Positions 52,271 through 64,000 of a DNA stretch of 64,000 bases are shown here, piece by piece. A program made the translations under genes and the position numbers. How positions within the stretch are numbered: the first letter of the stretch is position 1; each line of letters opens with the position of its first letter. The stretch is taken from NCBI GenBank assembly GCA_964247055.1, contig OZ176058.1, forward strand, positions 1,302,001-1,366,000, written 5' to 3'. This DNA is from Paragordius varius (lineage: Eukaryota > Animalia > Nematomorpha). The notes beneath the pieces are model-generated. The model saw only the letters and a list, made by a program, of their open reading frames with translations, was not told the DNA's origin and did not search any database.

Positions 52271-52386
52271 ATAAATGTGTTCGATGTGTTTAATATATTA
52301 AACTTTAAATTACGGTTATAATTATGATTAAAAAATTTAGAAATGACCTTAATTGAATTTGAGATTAAATTTATAGCCACACATTC

Positions 52387-53174
52387 ATGCCTATACGGTT
52401 ACCAGCTGTCATTGAGTCGACTAAAAGCACATGGCCAAAAATATTGGATAGGAAAGCAAAATGGAAAAATACAGTAACATAATATTCCATAAAATTATAT
52501 ATTTTTCTTTTCTAAGTTTTATCAATGAATTTTAATTTTCAACTTATATTATCTTTTTCAAAAAACTAAAAACCTAGACAACCACCGTTGTTAAAAATTT
52601 TTTTAATTATTAATTAATATTTTGACTTTAAAAAACAAAATAACCTTAAACACATTATAATATTAAATATTATAATAAGAATCAAATAGCATATATTTTT
52701 TGATCAAATTTTTAGCATTATTTATTTCAATATTTTACCAATTTTTTATTAATGTTTATGATATATTAAATTATATTTCCAGGATGAATTCTTAGACGTA
52801 ATCTATTGGTTACGTCAAATTGTTAGTATTTTATTTGGACTCGTTTGTGGACTTGTCCCTCTCAAAGGAGTTATTGGCCTGACATTGTATGTCATTTTTT
52901 TATTTAATTTTTTAAAAAAATTGATTTTTAAAAAAAAAATTTTTTTAAAAATGGTTTAAAACAATTTAATTACATATATAAATATATATTCCTTGAACAA
53001 AATTCACCCCCAAAAATAAATTATGTGTTTTCAAACTATCATTAATATAAAATATATTTTTAGGCATAATTTATTTTATTTTAATTTATTTTATAAAAAA
53101 AATTTAAATTTTTTATTAAATTTTAATTAATTTTTTCCATTAAAAAATGTTTTAAAACAATTTAGTTATAATTA

Positions 53175-53213
<39 letters not shown>

Positions 53214-53526
53214 CTATTGAACCTTGAACAATTCAAATTTACCCTAAAAATAAATTTTTAGTTAAAAATTATTAATTTTAAATTTTTCATTTCATTAAAA
53301 ATGGTGGTTTAAAACAACAATTTAATTATAATTATAAATATAATTATATAAATATATATTATACCATTTACAGTTCAAATTCACCCTTGAACAATTCAAA
53401 TTTACCCTAAAAATAAATTATATGTTTTTGAACTAATATAACTCATTATTAATATAAAATATATTTTTATGGCGCATAGTTTATTATTTTTTCAGTTTTA
53501 TTTTCATTTTAAACATAAACATTTTG

Positions 53527-53568
<42 letters not shown>

Positions 53569-54202
53569 ACCCTATAAATTTTTATTAATACCTATTTTTT
53601 TACAAATTTTTTTGATTAAAAATGTAATTTGTTTGAAATTAAAATAATATTTAAAAATATATTAAGCTATGCCATAAGACCACATAATTTATTTTTAAGA
53701 TAAATTTGAATAGTAAATGGTATATTTTTACAAGGTTTCTGTTAATATTTTCATTTTTATGTTTTCTTTTTAATGTTTAGTTAAACTATTTTAAAAAATA
53801 AAATTTTTTTTGCAAAAGCTATGTCAAAAAACGAATCTTGATTGCTTACAATTTTAAATTTAATTATATATATTTTTTTAATTAATTATTTTTTAAAATT
53901 TTTCCTTAAAAAAATAATTATATTATATTTTTTATAGATTTTTATTAACAAACCTTGGGGCAGTTTATACGTACAATATTAAAAAAACTTAATTTAATTA
54001 ATATCATTATTTTCTGATTAAAAATATATTTTAAATATATATTTTTAAATAATTATATATATATTTAAATATATATTTTATTTTAAATTAAAAAAATATT
54101 TTTATAGATTTTTATTAACAAACCTTGGGGCAGTTTATACGTACAGTTTGCAATATTTTTTTTAATACATTTTAAATTAAAAAAATAATTATATTTATTT
54201 AA

Positions 54203-54236
<34 letters not shown>

Positions 54237-54747
54237 TTTAAAATTAATTTAAAAAATAATTATTTTATATTTTTTTAGATTTTTATTAACAAACCTTGGG
54301 GCAGTTTATACGTACAGTACGCAATTCCATAATATAGATCCTGTGGATTATGGCGGGTTTAATGAAATCCTTAAGGAGGGTCTTATGACAGCATTTGCGA
54401 CTTTTTTAGTAAATTTTTTAATTTAATTTTGTAAAAAAAATTTATTTTAAATTTTTTTTGATAAAAATTTTTTTTTTGTAAAAAAATTTATTTAAAATTA
54501 TCTAAAATTTTATTTTATTTAAATTTTATTATAAAATTATCTAATATAGATATATTATATATATATATATATTTACAATTCAAATTCACCCTTTTCGAAT
54601 AATTTAAATTTACCCTTGAATAATTTAAAACTATTGAAAATTTCAAATTCACCTTTAAACAATTCAAATTCACCCTTAAACAATTCAAATTTACCCTAAT
54701 ATATATTTTATATATATTTTATTTTAAAAATTTATTTTTTTTAAAAA

Positions 54748-54778
<31 letters not shown>

Positions 54779-55132
54779 CCATTTACAATTTAAATTTACC
54801 CTTGAACAATTCAAATTCACCCTTGAACAATTCAAATTCACCCTTGAACAATTTCAAACTATTGAACAATTCAAATTCACCCTTGAACAATTTAAAATCA
54901 CCCTAATATATTATAATATGTTTTTTAATTAAAAATTATCTAAAATTTTATAGATATTTTATTATATAGCATTTACAATTCAAATTTACCCTTAAACAAT
55001 TCAAATCACCCTTTGGCAATTTAAAACTATTGTAAATTTCAAATTCACCCTTGAACAGTTTAAATTCACCCTTGAATAATTTAAATTTACCCTTAAATAT
55101 ATTATAATATGTTTTTTTAATTAAAAATTTAG

Positions 55133-55171
<39 letters not shown>

Positions 55172-55515
55172 TAAAGAAATAACTTTTACATTATTAAATT
55201 TACCCTTAAACAATTCAAAATCACCCTTTTACAATTTAAAACTATTGAAAATTTTAAATACACCCTTGAACAGTTCAAATCACCCTTAAATAATTGAAAT
55301 TCTCCCTTAAACAGTTTAAAATCACCCTAAAATATATTATAATATGTTTTTTAATTAAAAAATTATATATATAATATATCATTTACAGTTCAAATTAACC
55401 CCTTAAACAATTCATCCCCCTTGAACAATTTAAATTCACCCTTGAATAATTTAAATTTACCCTTAAATTCAATTCAAATTCACCCTAAAATATATTTTTT
55501 TAATTAAAAATTACC

Positions 55516-55558
<43 letters not shown>

Positions 55559-55915
55559 CTATTACATTATTTAATTTGTATATTAATATTATTTTATTTT
55601 TTGAGTATAGATTTTCTTTATTATCACATAAAATATTTATATATATATCTTTATATATATTAATTAATTTTAGTTTTTTATAATTATATAAAAAAATTTC
55701 TTTTCAAACGAAAAACGTAAAAAATTTTGAAATTTCGGTTAAAATTATATTTTTACAAAAAAGTTTTTTATGATATATTAAAAAAATATTAAAGTTTATA
55801 TTTTTTGAATATATTAAATTATTTTTTTTTAATCATTTAGATTGTTTGGATTGTATTATACACATATATGACAGCACAATCAGGACAAAACATATATAAC
55901 AGTAAAGATTTTTAA
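52387..55915 (+). CDS. RAB5IF: RAB5-interacting factor (C20orf24/OPTI family), 4 exons, 131 aa: join(52387-52473, 52783-52886, 54279-54408, 55841-55915)
   Basis: ...STWPKILDRKAKWKNT|DEFLDVIYWLRQIV...PLKGVIG...|...DYGGFNEILKEGLMTAFATFL|IVWIVLYT...*; all introns GT-AG with consistent phases; AATAAA near 55931. Confidence 0.93.
53938..54150 (+). repeat. Two acceptor-side echoes of RAB5IF exon 3 (starting at 53938 and 54108)
   Basis: tatag|atttttattaacaaaccttggggcagtttatacgtaca is identical to the start of the real exon at 54279; both run into an in-frame TAA. Confidence 0.93.
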
Positions 55916-55974
55916 CTCAATTAATTAATCAATAAATAAATGGCTATTTTAGCAATATATTTTAGTTTTTATAT

Positions 55975-58900
55975 CTTAAATTTGTGTAAAAACAGCTGAT
56001 CTGAATAGAATTAACAAAAAAAATATATGTTTCGAGAGCCTAAAATTATATTTGAGAGTCGATAAATTCTTTTTTTCGGTTTAAAAATTTTAAGAAAACA
56101 GCTGATTATAGTATTTATTAAAATTTACTCAACAAATAAATTGTAAAGTTTTCTTTATGGAAGTTTTAAAGAGTTTATTATGGAAATTTTTTAAAACTAA
56201 TATATAGATAACGTAATTATTATTTTTTAATTTTTATACTGTAAAAACAGCTGATATGCACATTAACTACGTTGTATTAGTGGCCGATTAATTATGTTTT
56301 TAAATTTAAATATTTTAAGTAAACAGCTGATTATAGAATTAACAAAAATTGTTTTACTTAACAAGAATTATTGTACATTCGAAAGTTTTATAAGTAGAGA
56401 AAAATTTAAAATTAAATATAGATAAGGTAATAATAATTTTTTAAAATTCTGTGAAAACAGCTGATTTACCCATTAACACGTGTTTTCCGTTTAAAAATTT
56501 AAGGAAACAGCTGATTTGAATAGATTTAAAAAAAATATTTACTCAACAAGAGATTATTGTAGAATTTTGTTGCGAAAGTTTTATGAGTAAAAAGATTTAT
56601 AGAAAAATTTTTTAAAATTGAAATATAGATAACGTAATAATTATTTTTTTTTTAATTTTAAAATTTTATGTGAAACAGCTGATCTGCACATTAACATCAT
56701 TGTATTGGTAGTCGATAAATTCTTTTTTCGAATTAAAATTTTACGGAAATAACTGATTTGAATAGAATTTAAAATTATATATATTTACTCAAAAGAGATT
56801 ATTGTAAAATTTTGTTTCGAAAGTTGTATGAGTAAAAAGATTTATAGAAAAAAAATTTTGAAACTAAAATATAGATAAGGTAAAAATTTTTTAAAAATTT
56901 GATGTGAAAACAGCTGATTTGCATATTAACTCCGTTTTATTGCTAGCCGATTAATTATGTTTTTAAATTAAAATTTTAAATATTTCGGAAACAGCTGATT
57001 TGAATAGAATTAACAAAATTTTTTTACTTAACAAGAGATTATAGTAGAATTTTGTTTCGAAAGTATTATGAGTAATAGATTTATAGAAAAAAAATATTAA
57101 AATTGAAATATAATTACGTAGTAATTTTTAAAAATTTTATGTGAAAACAGCTGATCTGCACATTAATACTCTGTTCTTAGTATTTAGTTTGGTTTAAAAA
57201 TTTTAAGGAAACAGCTAATTATTGAATTTAGTCAAAATATTTGCTGAGTTTATTGTACAATTTTCTTTCGAAATTATTATGAGTAAAAAAATTTATAGGA
57301 AAAATATAAAACTAAAATATAGATAACGTAATTATTTTCTATATTTTATGTAAAAACAGCTGATTTACACATTGACACCGTTTTATTGGTAGCCGATTAA
57401 TTATGTTTTTGGTGTAAGAAATTTAAATATTTTATGTAAACAGCTGATCTGAATAGAATTAACAAAAAATATAATTACTCAATAATAGATTATCCTATAG
57501 TTTTCTTTTGAAAGTTTTATGAGTAAAGGATTTATGGAAAAAATTTAAAACCAAATTATAGATACGTAATAATGTTTTTTTTAAATTGTGAAAACAGCTG
57601 ATGATTTACACATTAACTCTGTGTTCTTGGTAGTCAATTACTGTTTTCGGTTTAAAATTGTGGATAATAGCCGATCTGAATAGAATTAACAAAAAAATGT
57701 TTACTCAACAAGAGATTTTTGTAGAAATATCTTTCGAAAGTTTCATGAGAAAAGAAAAAAATTAAAACTAAAATATAGTTAACGTAATAATATTTTTTTT
57801 AAATTTTATGTGAAAACAGCTGATTTTCACAGTAACACTGTGTTATTATAGTCAATAAATTCTTTTTTCGGATTAATTAGAAAACAGCTGGTTTAAATAG
57901 AATTTATTAAAAATATTTACCCAACAAAATTATTGTAAAGTTTGCTTTTTGAAAGTTTTATGAGTAAAAAGATTTATAGAAAAATTTTTTAAAATTAAAA
58001 TATATATAAGGTAATAATTATGTTTTTTAAATTTGTGAAAACAGCTGATTTGCACATTAACACGTGTTGTTGGTAGTCGATAAATTCTTTTTTCGGTTTG
58101 AAAATTTTAAGGAAACAGCTGATTATAGAATTTGTTAAAAATATTTACTCAACAAAATTATTGTAAAGTTTTTTTTTTGATTTTAAAGAATTTATTATAG
58201 AAAATTTTCGAAACTAAAATATATATAACGTAATTATTATTTTTTAATTTTTAAACTGTGAAAACAGCTGATTTGCACAGTAAGACCGTTGTATTGGTAG
58301 TCGATAAATTCTTTTTTCGGTTTAAAATTTTACGGAAACAGCTGATTATAGAATTTATTAAAAATATTTACTCAACAAGAGATTATTGTGCAATTTTGTT
58401 TCGAAAGTTTTGAGTAAATAGATTTATAGAAAAAAAATATTAAAATTGAAATATAATTACGTAGTAATTTTTAAAAATTTTATGTGAAAACAGCTGATCT
58501 GCACATTAATACTCTGTTCTTAGTATTTAGTTTGGTTTAAAAATTTTAAGGAAACAGCTGATTTGAATAGATTTAAAAAAATATTTACTCAACAAGAGAT
58601 TATTTTACAATTTTCTATCGAAAGTTTTATGAGTAAAGGATTTATGGAAAAAATTTTAAAATTTGAAATATAGATAACGTAATAATTATTTTTTATTTTT
58701 AAATTGTGAAAACAGCTGATTTGCACATTAACTCCGTTTTATTGGTAACCGATTAATTATGTTTTTAAATTTAAATATTTTATGTAAACAGCTGATTATA
58801 GAATTTATCAAAAATGTTTATTTAACAAGAGATTTTTGTAGAATTTTGTTTCGAGAGTTTTATGAGTAGAAAGATTTATAGAAAATATTAAAAAGTTAAC

Positions 58901-59245
58901 GTAATGATTTTATTATAAATTTACGGAAAACATCTGATTTACCCAATAACACGTGTTTTCCGTTTAAAAAATTTAAGGAAACAGCTGATTTGAATAAAAA
59001 ACAAAAAAATTATTAACTCAACTAGAGATTATTGTGGATTTTTCTTTCGAATGTTTTATAATAAAAAGATTTATAGTAAAAATTTTTAAACTAAAATATA
59101 GATAACGTAATTATTTTTTTTAATTTTTTAAACTGTGAAAACAGCTGATTTGTACATTAACACCGTGTTTTTACTACTGTTGGAAACAGCTGACAAATAT
59201 GCAACATTTATTTTATGGGTTTCGCTCGAAACAGCTGATGTGCTT
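55975..59245. repeat. Tandem array of about 14 bipartite 210-245 bp units, each with two AAACAGCTGAT cores
   Basis: First subunits start near 56241, 56452, 56671, 56905, 57141, 57350, 57588, 57810, 58036, 58258, 58484, 58706, 58923 and 59135; about 27 CAGCTG sites counted. Confidence 0.9.
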
Positions 59246-60429
59246 AAAAAATTATGTTTGTGATCTTATTTTATAAACCCAAAAATATAAATAAAAAAAT
59301 TATTTCGACCTTTTTAAGAAAATTAATATAATAATATACATTAAATTATTTCTTGTAAAAAACTATGAAAATAAATTATATCAAAATGGCAAATAATAGC
59401 ATGATTTATGAGTGAACTGAGTTTATAATATTGTTTTATCATGGTTGATATTTATAACATTGTTTCAACAATAAGTATTTCTAGATAAATAAAATATATA
59501 ATTTTGAATATATGTATCTATATATATATATATATATATAAATTTCGCTAAGATTTCCAATTTTAAAACTATTTTACAGTAAAAATTGATATTATAAGGA
59601 CAAAACTTAAAAATATAAAGACAAATATTTTTTCCAAAACAAAACCATACTTATGAAATCTTGATTTTTTTCTATATATAACTCATTGTTTATGACAAAG
59701 TTTATATATATATATATATATATCACTAACAAAATCTATTCTATAATTTACAATTGTAATTACCCATTAGATAAATTAAGGTTTGAAATATGGTTTTTTT
59801 GAAAAAAATTTGCCTTTATATTTTTACGTTTTGTCCGTATAATTTCAGTTTTTCCTGTATCTGTGTATAGATATTAAATAAATGCGTTTAAATCGGAAAA
59901 TAAAGTCATATATTAAAATATATAACTTAAAAGAAATTTATATAAACCATTTTTTTAAATATACCTTAAAAATAAATTATCTTTCGGTATAATTAATATT
60001 ATTCCTCATTAATATGTATTATATCTTTATGGCATAGTTTATTGTTTTTTCAGTATTATTTTAATTTTAATCAAAATTTTATTTTCCAAAAATATTAAAA
60101 GGTAATTTTTAATAAAAAAAACACTTGATTTATTTTAGGGTAAATTTGAAGTGTAAATGATATATGTTACGATATAAAAAAGTTTTTAATGGCAAAAAAA
60201 TCCTAAAGTAAATTTTTTTTAAACTATCTTTTAAGCCTATATAAATCAATAATTATGAGAAAATTTATTGAATATATATATATATATATATATAATATAT
60301 ATATATAGTGCTATATACATAAAAATCTATATTACAAAACTGCCAATGATGAGATGTGATATTCAATTATAAAAACATAATATTTTTTACATTGAATGGT
60401 TTAATAAAAATAATCATATATAGATAGAA

Positions 60430-63400
60430 TCAATATCTTCGTTCATAACTTCTTGACCTAAAAAATATAAAAATAAAAATATATATTTCAAAAATAAAGG
60501 TAAATTAAAATACAGTAAAAATTTAAAATTATACGGACAAAATGTAAAAATATAAAGAAAAAAAGTTTTTTTTTAAAAAAAACCATACTTTTTTTATCCG
60601 ATAAAAATCATTTAATTACAATCGTAAAATACATAATTAAGCGTGTTACCAATTTACATTTTTTGTAGTTTAAAATAATCAGTTATATTTAAAATCATTA
60701 TTTTAAGTATGGTTGTCTTTTAGAAAAAATTATTTGTCTTTTTGTATTTTCACGTGTTGTTTGATTTATTTTAATCTAAATGATTTATAAAATAAGAGTG
60801 TATTACTAATTTACATTTTTAATCCTTATTTTGAGGTTATACAAAATGAAAAAGTATGCTAAATAATCGTCTTGTAAAATAGTTATAAAAACTTAAAATA
60901 ACATTTAAAATTTATTATGGAATTAAACAAAGTAAAAGAATAGTATAGAAAAAAATATCATTACCTTCCACGTCCATAGGATCTATAAATAAAAAGGAAA
61001 AAAATAATTAAAAAAAATATAACTAATTACTAAAATATTTTTCATATATAAATAAAAATTACCGTTCATAAATATAGATGCGAAGGTAGAGTTTTATGAA
61101 CAAAGTTTAGTAAGTTGAAAATGAGGTATTATATTTTAGTTTTTCTTTTTAGTATGAAGTGTTGGATGAAAAAGTTGTTAATAAATGGTATGAGCAGACG
61201 ATATTAATCGAAGGCAGACTGCGCATGCGCTAACCGTGAGTAGTCAAATCAGACGACGACTTTGGTTATTTAGATGGTAAAAATTTTGGAAAACCTTAAA
61301 TACTTTATATTATGGTCCAACATCATTGGAACAAAAACCACAGAGAAAAATGATACAAGTTTAAAACAATATTGTTAAAAATTAGAAACGATAAAATGTA
61401 ATTAAGTGTTTACTTGAAGCTAAGAAACAGGAGATAGAATCAAAACAGCAGTAACTTTATGTATTCCAAAGAAACAACTGTTTTTTTATAGTCAGAAGGC
61501 TAAAAAAGACGGTTATTTAAGCTACTTTAAATAACAAAACCACGAATTACAGTGAACAAAGTTAAAAAGCAGTTTTTTGATTGTAAAAATGGCAGAATAA
61601 TTTTAAACATTATGTACAATTAATGGTCCATGTCAATTTGATATTAGTTAAATTTGTTGGATGTAAATTGAAGACAGATTGCGCATCCGCTAATACTTTA
61701 CGAAGGCAAGATTATTTTATAGTCGCGTTCAATAAACATCCAATATAGATTCGTAATATCGAAAACGTAGGGCGATGAATATACGCTTTTATTCGTTTGA
61801 TGGTTGCTGGATGTGACAGGCTGAAAATTATGTCAGCTAATTTTTGAGAAAGAAACATCTCACATAGTATATGGTGGTGATCAAAAGCTGATGAATGGTG
61901 TGAGCAGACTATAGATGTATACATACTTTGTAGATCATACGATGAAGTTTGAAGCTCACTCACTGCCTTTTAAAACCTTACAAAACCTGGACATGTTACT
62001 GAAAAAATTATAGATGATTGAAGAAAGATGATCTACACTTTCATTCGTTTTAGAATGGCGTCCAATCAGGGTTGTAAATTGAAGAAAGACTGCACATATA
62101 TAAATTATATGAAGATCAGGTGTTAACTCAAAGATGACCTGTAGTTTAATTTGATACTTTTAAATTTTGAAGCTGATATTGAGTAAGATATCTATGTACT
62201 CGATATAGATCATTTCTAGTAAAGCGAAAAAAATAAACCATTGATCGCGACACGAAATTCTTGCTGACCATTTCAATTGTAAATGCATATTATTGTCCAA
62301 TTACCTACTTAATAAACAGGGAGGCGAGAATCAACAAGATTTATGATTGATATATAAACTAAAAGGAATGTCTTTCTTCCAAACGTTAGAAGAGACTTTT
62401 GGATAACTAAAACATCAAGTAAACTATAGTAAAAAAAAGCACTATGAAACAAAGTTTGGGAAAAAACATAATGGATGGATAAACACCATCATTAGCCTAA
62501 AACCAAAAGCACCATATTAATATATTTCTATATATCATAATATATGTGTATTTTTCCGGAAGGAAAATAAGACTTCATTAACGACAATAAAATCCAAATC
62601 AAAACAGGCAGACAATTATTACCCTTCAAAACAATAGAATCTCATTTACATCTTTATTTTAATATTAGTCAAAAACCCCAAACTCCATATATATTGTGTT
62701 ATTGATTTAAGTAGATGATCAAGTGTGAGAAGTCGATGTAGATAATAAAATAGAGGCGAAGACTTTTTACACCGTTGAAAGAAGAAGATTACTACAGCAA
62801 GTTAGTGATGAAATATGTAAACTATAAAAAATTAATAAAATATATATAAAAAGGAATTAATATATGTTTTACCATCAAATGCTAATTAAATGGCATATGC
62901 CTTAATTAATAAAAGTTTTATAACTATATTAAAAAACATCTATTTTTATTGTATATAATTAAATATTGAGCATATTGGAGCCATATATCCAAAGATATTT
63001 AAAATTGCCTAGTACAACATAAACTTAAAACATCAGGCCAAAAAATTTATGAATTTTAATCTTCAAAAAAAACACGTTTTATGGAAAACAAACATGTGAT
63101 TTACCCTCCTCCGCCGCCACTACGTCTATACGAGGGAGGTGAACGACCTCCACGTGGACCTGGGCCACCACGTGGTGGTCGGTCGTCATAGTAACCGCCA
63201 CCTCCACCGCCATAATAATCACGTCGGCCACCACCACCAGCTGGTGGGTAGTCACGTGATGATCCACCATAATAATCTCCTTCATCACGCCCACCGCTGC
63301 CGTTACCATAGTAACGCCTGTCACCAGCTGATCCACGATAACCGCCACCACCACCGGCTGATCCTCGGTAACCTCCTCGTCTGCCACTATTGTTGTCTCT

Positions 63401-63470
63401 ATCTCCGCCCCCTCTATTCTTTGATTTCCCATGTGACAGTTCGACGCGGACACGTACACCACAAACTTTT
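60430..63470 (-). CDS. SRSF3/SRSF7-like SR protein, 3' exons only: join(63105-63470, 60965-60982, 60430-60457); the RRM start lies beyond the window
   Basis: tag|A AAA GTT TGT GGT GTA CGT GTC CGC GTC GAA CTG TCA CAT GGG = KVCGVRVRVELSHG (RRM end typical of SRp20/9G8), then a G/Y/R-rich tract, an 18-nt micro-exon SYGRG, and RSRSYERRY*. All junctions are phase 2 and GT-AG. This frame is absent from the ORF track. Confidence 0.85.
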
Positions 63471-64000
63471 CTAAAATATGTTTTGTAAAATAAAAAAATA
63501 TTTTTGTCTATCTAACAGTTACAGTCACGTTATCCTTTATTTTATCATTTTCCTCGTTAAATAGGGGTATAAATATTTGTTTATAATTAAGGATATTAGA
63601 AATTATCTTAACCTATTCTTATTTTGAAAGTTCCCGAGAAAAAAAATCTCGTGTTTAAAAAAATATGGTTGTTTTTAAGAAAAACGAGTTTTTGTCTTTT
63701 AATTTTTAGGTTTTGTCAGAAATTATATCAAATTTTTACTATTATATTTCAGTAAATTAAAGTTTTGAGTATTTTACGGGCAAAAAAAATGATGAATTTT
63801 TTATCGGATGTGCAGAGATTGGTCAAAAAAGTAAATGAATTTATTTTTAATTTTATTATTTTATAAGAAACTGCCAAAACAATATTTCATACGCTATATA
63901 GAAAATGAGATATATGTTTCCATTAAAACACTTTTTTAAAGGGCGTTTTTTTGTTTAAAATCGAGTATAATAACAAATCCATCTTATATTCCAAAAATTT

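Noticed and set aside
55975-59245. Idea that the CAGCTGAT array derives from DBT sequence (AAAACAGCTGAC in exon 3, or agctgatttt in the exon 11 echoes)
   Set aside because: Similarity is limited to about 10 nt and the flanks do not align.
63079-63474. Track ORFs 63079-63462 (-, Val-rich) and 63139-63474 (+, His-rich)
   Set aside because: They are the alternative frame and the antisense shadow of the Gly-rich SRSF exon; the true frame contains the RVRVELS RRM motif and fits the splice phases.

Overview
Extremely AT-rich eukaryotic (animal-type) genomic DNA with spliceosomal GT-AG introns; the organism cannot be named from sequence alone. Left to right: (1) the 3' part of a Ty3/gypsy LTR retrotransposon (open pol frame, PPT, 3' LTR); (2) a minus-strand DBT gene (branched-chain 2-oxoacid dehydrogenase E2) that I reconstructed by hand as 11 exons (ATG 47035, stop 18118, 520 aa), plus a second, diverged but intact copy of its last three exons at 4.2-9.8 kb; (3) an orphan plus-strand terminal exon (11252-11821) ending in a CaaX box, right at the duplication breakpoint; (4) a complete 4-exon RAB5IF/C20orf24 gene head-to-head with DBT; (5) the 3' exons of an SRSF3/7-like gene at the right end. 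Most of the ORF track is noise from (TA)n and antisense frames. Two things stand out. First, large introns are built from 'echoes': tandem decaying copies of the neighbouring exon's own edge with its splice site (about 28 decoy acceptors in one 7.1 kb intron). Second, one duplication appears to have given DBT, and possibly its tail-to-tail neighbour, a second intact set of terminal exons. Several TA-targeting MITE families, a 3x1354 bp higher-order repeat and a CAGCTG-rich tandem array fill the rest. All coordinates and counts were read by eye.
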